From Balanoglossus misakiensis (taxonomy: Eukaryota > Animalia > Hemichordata), in assembly GCA_040954595.2 (NCBI GenBank), contig CM082588.2, positions 8,416,844 through 8,480,843 on the forward strand: DNA of 64,000 nucleotides. Direction: 5' to 3'. Below are positions 59,801-64,000 of this stretch, in pieces. Below the pieces are notes generated by a model. It was not told where the DNA came from and did not search any database. It worked only from the letters and a program-made list of their open reading frames with translations. Position 1 is the stretch's first letter; the number at the start of each line of letters is the position of its first letter. A program made the translations under genes and the position numbers.

Positions 59801-62800
59801 GTATATAAAGCAATAGACTTAAGAACCTCAAAAACTTGTAATGAATAGTCGCTTAATGTAATGATTTTCACTGATTTACATGTATACACTTATTTATTAT
59901 TTATTTAAATTTTACTTGTTCATCATGTGCGTCCTTAGCACATGATCCTTCCTTTTACAGAAATGTGACTTTGAGCGTTTAAGTGAATTTAGATTAGTTC
60001 ACCTCTTCCCCCTTGTATATGGGCCGGTGGCCTCAAAAAGCAATAAAGTTATTATTACATATACACATAAAGAAATATCTTTATGTGTACGTGCGGTACA
60101 GGCCAGAACTTGTCGTCTGACACGAAATCGGGAGATCGTCAAGCTACTGATTTTTCGTTTATAGCTACCTTCCAATTAATAAAAAACCTGTGTGTAAAAA
60201 CATCACACGCATGATTGGAATGAGATAAGATTTGATTGATGAAGAACATTCTATGGTGGTCTCATTAACGCGACAACAAATGATTGACACATTTGTAAGT
60301 ATTAGTGAAAACTTGATATTCGGCATGTCTCTTTTTATGTTTCAATTTGCGTCACTATTAACATCTGAGTGGAATAGGAGTTCGACATACATACATTTCC
60401 TTGGTTTTCGTGAAATTCCAACAATTCACATACAGCTGCAATGAAACGCTTTAAAATATCACAAACCTGTACTTCAAATGCAAATAATGCAAATAAATGT
60501 CCTCACCTCAAAACTCAAGTCACAAAATTCTTCGAGTTTCCAGGTAAAGTGACAGGGAAACCTCTGCAGTATTTCTTCATAGGACTTCGCTGTATGCTTC
60601 AATCCCGTTATGTGTGTAACTGAAAATTCTATTGAATAGTAAAAACAAAGTTTGGGTGAAAAACCGATTTCATGATTTTAATTTTAAATTGAGATTGATT
60701 TATTGAAAGTGGCTTTTTATTATGATATTCCAACATTATGGAAGAGAGTTAAGTTGTATGAACCAGTGAGTGCAATATATTAGTCAGCGCAACAACGTAA
60801 ATTTTCTACCAAAAAAACTAAAACAAACAATATCCGGCTTCATTTTGAGTGATTTTGTTCCTTCAGTTTATTGTAGCTATATTCCCCTTGGGGAAATCAA
60901 TTGAAAGTGATGCAAACTAATAATTTAGTTTTAAAATAAATATGCCGGACCATGTTAAGTATAATCATTTTGCATGGAATGTCAATTGCAGGAAAGAAAA
61001 AGGAAGAAATTAGACCGAACTCCGAAATTCGCTTTTGCTCCTAAACCCAACAAATCTGTGATAGAAAATAAATTTGGCTTTCAGGGTCATGCATACTTGC
61101 ATAATCCAAGTTGTTAGGAGCATATTCTTTTTTCTTTTTTTTTGTTTATTTGGAGCAGATGATACAACGGATGGATGGATATGTTGCAGATAACTGCATT
61201 ACCTTCGATGTTTTTGTCTACAGGTGGCGCAGTTGCAGTTTTCGTTTCCTGAAGTTCATCGATAGTCTGACGTAAGTGTCGGATGTTGTCTTTCAGCTTG
61301 GTATTTGTCGTGAGTAGTTTGGAACTTTGAGTTTCACTGCTTTCCAGCATTTTCTTCAGAACCTCACGTGACTGCTCACTTTCTTCACTTTTCCCCTTAA
61401 GGATCGTATATTCCATCTTCTTGGATTGTAGTAGTTCTCGAATCTCCTTGATTTCTTTAAAGAGCGAAGTGATGACAGAGAGATAGTTGTCTGTCGAGAT
61501 TGGTTCCAAGACACGAGCAGCTCCTTCTTTTGATAAAGAATCCGCCAGAATCTTGTCCGACTTTTTGGTGCCAGTGTTCAAGATGTTGACGCCATTTTGA
61601 TTGACAAGTCTCTTCAGTTCTGATGAAAATGTGATTCGACATTGTTAGCAAAATGTTATATATGATCGATATGATGTAACCCCCTTTGCAATTGGGTCGG
61701 AGGCCGTGGAATGCAAATAAATGGGCACTATCTATTTTACTTTACAATCCATGTGCAAATCAATGGCAGAATAGTACAGACCCTTAAAATCATACTTCAG
61801 CAAGCAGCCAACTAAACCAAAACATTCCCTTTAGAGCAAATTTCAGCAGCAAGCTTATTTGTTCTGATTACTTGAATAGAGTTTGACCAACTTCCCTGTC
61901 TAAATGTTTGTGAACACTGACCTTCTCTTTCATATCTGAATATCTCTCCCTCTTGTAAGGTGATCGAAGACAACTGTTGACTATCCAAAATCAAACACCG
62001 TTTGATTCCAAGGACACCAAGAACTTCTGGCCGTTCCTCCAACAATGTAGACAGCTGTAGAGGGCGCTGTATTTTTACCAACAGTATGATTGGGGTCTGT
62101 GTGTCTCCCACATCAACATCTATCTCAGCTTCCAAAGTGCCGGAACCACCAAGTAGTTTTGATAAACCGATTCTGTTTTGGCGTGTGGCATAGACATGTC
62201 GAACAACCTCCAAGGCAACCATTGCACCATTGTCATCTGCAGGTACAAAGATTGATAATAGGCAAAATAAATTGTATGTATTCTCATTAAAATGAGCACA
62301 TGTTTTACTCTATATTACGGGAGTATACTTTTTATGGAAACATTTCAAACAAATGAATTATCAGCTATAAGCATAAGAAACCTTTGAGTGATTTTGGTGT
62401 TTCGGTTTATTGAAGCGACATTCCCTTGGGAAAATCAGTTCAAAGTGACGCAAACTAATAATTTAGTTTTAAAATAAAAATGCCGGAACATGTAAGTGTA
62501 ATGATTTTGCAAGGAATGTCAATTGCAGGAAAGATAAAACAAAGTGAAACGGAAGGTTTTCAGACCGAACTCTGAAATTCGCTTTTGTTCCTGGACACAA
62601 GATTGTAATAGAAAATAAATACGGCCTATAATCGAACTTGTTGGGAGCATATTTTTTTATTATTTGGAGGAGATGATATAACAGATGGATGGATATGTTG
62701 CAGATAACTGCATTACCTTCGATATTTTTGTCCACAGGTGGCGTAGTTGCAGTTTTTTTCCCCTTGAGTTCGTCCATAGCCTGAAGTAACTGCCGATTTT

Positions 62801-63796
62801 TGCCCTTTAGTTTGATGTTTTCATCCATGGTCGTTTGATTTTCCTCTTTCAGTTTGATATTTATCATAGTTAGTTTAGAACTTTGGTTTTCACTGCTCTT
62901 CAGCATTTCCTTCAGACGCTGACTTGTCTGCCCACTTTCTTCACTTTCCCTCTTAAGGATAGTATATTCCGTCTTCCTGGATTGTAGTATGTCCCGAATC
63001 TCGTTGTTTTCGTTAAAGAGCGAAGTGATGACAGAGAGATAGTTGTCTGTCGAGATTGGTTCCAAGACACGAGCAGCTCCTTCTTTTGAAAAAGATTCCG
63101 CCAGAATCTTGTCCGATTCTTTGGTGCCAGTGTTCAAGATGTTGACTCCATCTTGATTGACAAGTCTCTTCAGTTCTGATGAAAATGTGATTTAACATAG
63201 TTAGCAAAATGTTATAATTAATATGATGTAACCCCATTTGCAATTGGGTCGGAGGCCGTGGAATGCAAATAAATGGGCACTATCTATTTTACTTTACGCT
63301 CGATGTGCAAATCAATGGCAGAATAGTACAGACCTATCTTTAAAATCATACTTCAACATGCAGCCAACTAAATTAAAACATTCCCTTCAGAACAAATTTC
63401 AGCAGCAAGCTATATATGTTGATTAGTTGAATAGAGTATTGTTTGACCAACTTCCCTGCCTAAATGTTTGTGAACACTAACCTTCTCTATCATATCTGAA
63501 TGTCTCTCCCTCTGGTAAGGTGATTGAAGACAACTGTTGGGTATCCAAAATCAAACACCGTCTGATTCCAAGAACACCAAGAAATTCTGGCCGTTCATCC
63601 AACAAAGTAGACAACTGTAGAGGGCGCTGTATTTTTACCAACAGTACGGTTGGTGTCTGTGTGTCTCCCACATCAACATCTATCTCAGCTTCCAAAGTGC
63701 CGGAACCACCAAGTAGTTTTGATAAACCGATTCTGTTTTGGCGTGTGGCATAGACAGACCTGTCAGTCTCCACGGCAACAACTGCGCTCTTGTCAT
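52607..63796 (-). CDS. Gene C (5'-truncated by window): (module + coiled coil) x2 + IFIT-like TPR domain
   Basis: Exons 63796-63482, 63175-62717, 62236-61922, 61619-61203, 60619-60507 (CHFTW), 53830-52607; phases compatible; the ~6.7-kb last intron holds nested transposons. Confidence 0.8.
54799..55732 (-). CDS. Tyrosine recombinase (frameshifting deletion near 55480)
   Basis: N-terminal AQSTKASY..YLEFC..CRYVVYLA..SSIRQYL; catalytic R (LFRKSN), K (WSKTIQ), HSFRRGGA, GDWKSD, KYL. Confidence 0.9.
55721..57375 (-). CDS. Reverse transcriptase + RNase H (DIRS/Ngaro type, no methylase domain)
   Basis: RLIHDCS, AKVDLKSAYR, LPFG..SPSIF, VYLDDFL, DAS, INHKE, FTDS, PGKDNDIPDAISR; frame is open from just after the ORF1 stop codon. 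Confidence 0.92.
57376..58623 (-). CDS. Gag-like ORF1 with C-terminal Cys/His finger
   Basis: YLAYT.KI..LA..Y.W.SVIQYDREYR..Q....FEWG motif of YR-retroelement gag; ICLGFNKGNCKFGPTCNYAHVC...C...H. Confidence 0.85.
   Translation of the reverse strand: MDPSGMLTLNLTPRSQRSLVEEGNSVPETSPEVQHWATENDLTPDTIARLSTAGFVTMKSIRLIQAEHIQMLEIEPMAQRCLLEEAINHLNRSTSSNTTDSRPPQHSTGGSTPLDSDATRSEVRGSNMAATIDNNTETDRLLQQLLNQPPTNPTAAPAGTTPLQSLLNTLLDSRTLNNSCNTANQPRADLNPRVYMQTKDKGEKYADILDYLSLGDRVTEQTVISTGENGTRLVLESDSRKPRLESVSPSQWMGANVAILYEKIENGSLQGNGILNYLAYTRKISQLANRYTWSSVIQYDREYRQYQANHNFEWGADISHLTKVHLREKLQFPPSNKGVTQQSGKSYTQAEGKAARSPAPIDTQSGKPICLGFNKGNCKFGPTCNYAHVCLDASCRKAHPRTAHDGTPSSSSKNF
60507..60619 (-). CDS. Gene C exon: IFIT N-terminal CHFTW signature
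   Basis: ...YEEILQRFPCHFTWKLEEFCDLSFE; 113 nt, same phases as the gene B exon. Confidence 0.85.
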
Positions 63797-64000
63797 CTAC
63801 ATTCACAAACAACCCAGAGAAAGGCTCAATAAATGATATGTATTCTCATAAAAGAAAACTTTTCAACAGTATTTTTTCTTTTAGTTGAATTCTGAAGTGC
63901 CTATGAAAAAAATCTTCAAACTCATAGCCTGTTAGCTAGAAATAAAAGCAGTCATAAAAATATAGCTGCAAGCAGCGATGACGGGCCCAAGCTTAAGCCG

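Larger units (their letters stand above)
54021..60056 (+). mobile_element. 5'-truncated LINE (RTE-X-like, CCHC C-terminus) split into 54021-54295 and 59637-60056 by the YR element
   Basis: KPKLRTYVTFK..PEKYL..FARFR..; rejoining at one TTAA gives CTLCTLNDVEDEYHFLLICP; 3' end gggcc..ggcc..AATAAA; absent from the paralogous intron. Confidence 0.8.

Overview
AT-rich eukaryotic genomic DNA, most likely from a marine invertebrate (species not determinable from the sequence). It holds a tandemly duplicated cluster of intron-containing, immune-type genes on the minus strand, heavily invaded by transposons. Splicing by hand gives three gene models. Gene A (12497->5087, 11 coding exons, 1197 aa) is GT4-type glycosyltransferase + TRADD-N-like + ZU5(HFS autoproteolysis motif)-ZU5-UPA + death effector domain. 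Gene B (25366->18681, 8 coding exons, 1341 aa) carries the same GT4 + TRADD-N-like cassette, then a 105-aa module, a coiled coil and an IFIT-like TPR domain with the CHFTW signature. Gene C (>63796->52607, 5'-truncated by the window) has a duplicated module/coiled-coil exon pair and a diverged IFIT-like TPR domain. Mobile elements: a very young full-length BEL/Pao LTR retrotransposon (32875-42289) with a nested LINE fragment; an unusual tyrosine-recombinase retroelement (gag, RT/RNaseH, YR) bounded by ~140-bp inverted repeats and a TTAA duplication (54292-59636); LINE 3' fragments; TTAA MITEs; and tandem arrays. Exon boundaries, phases and repeats were read from the sequence. Domain names come from motif recognition only, with no database search.
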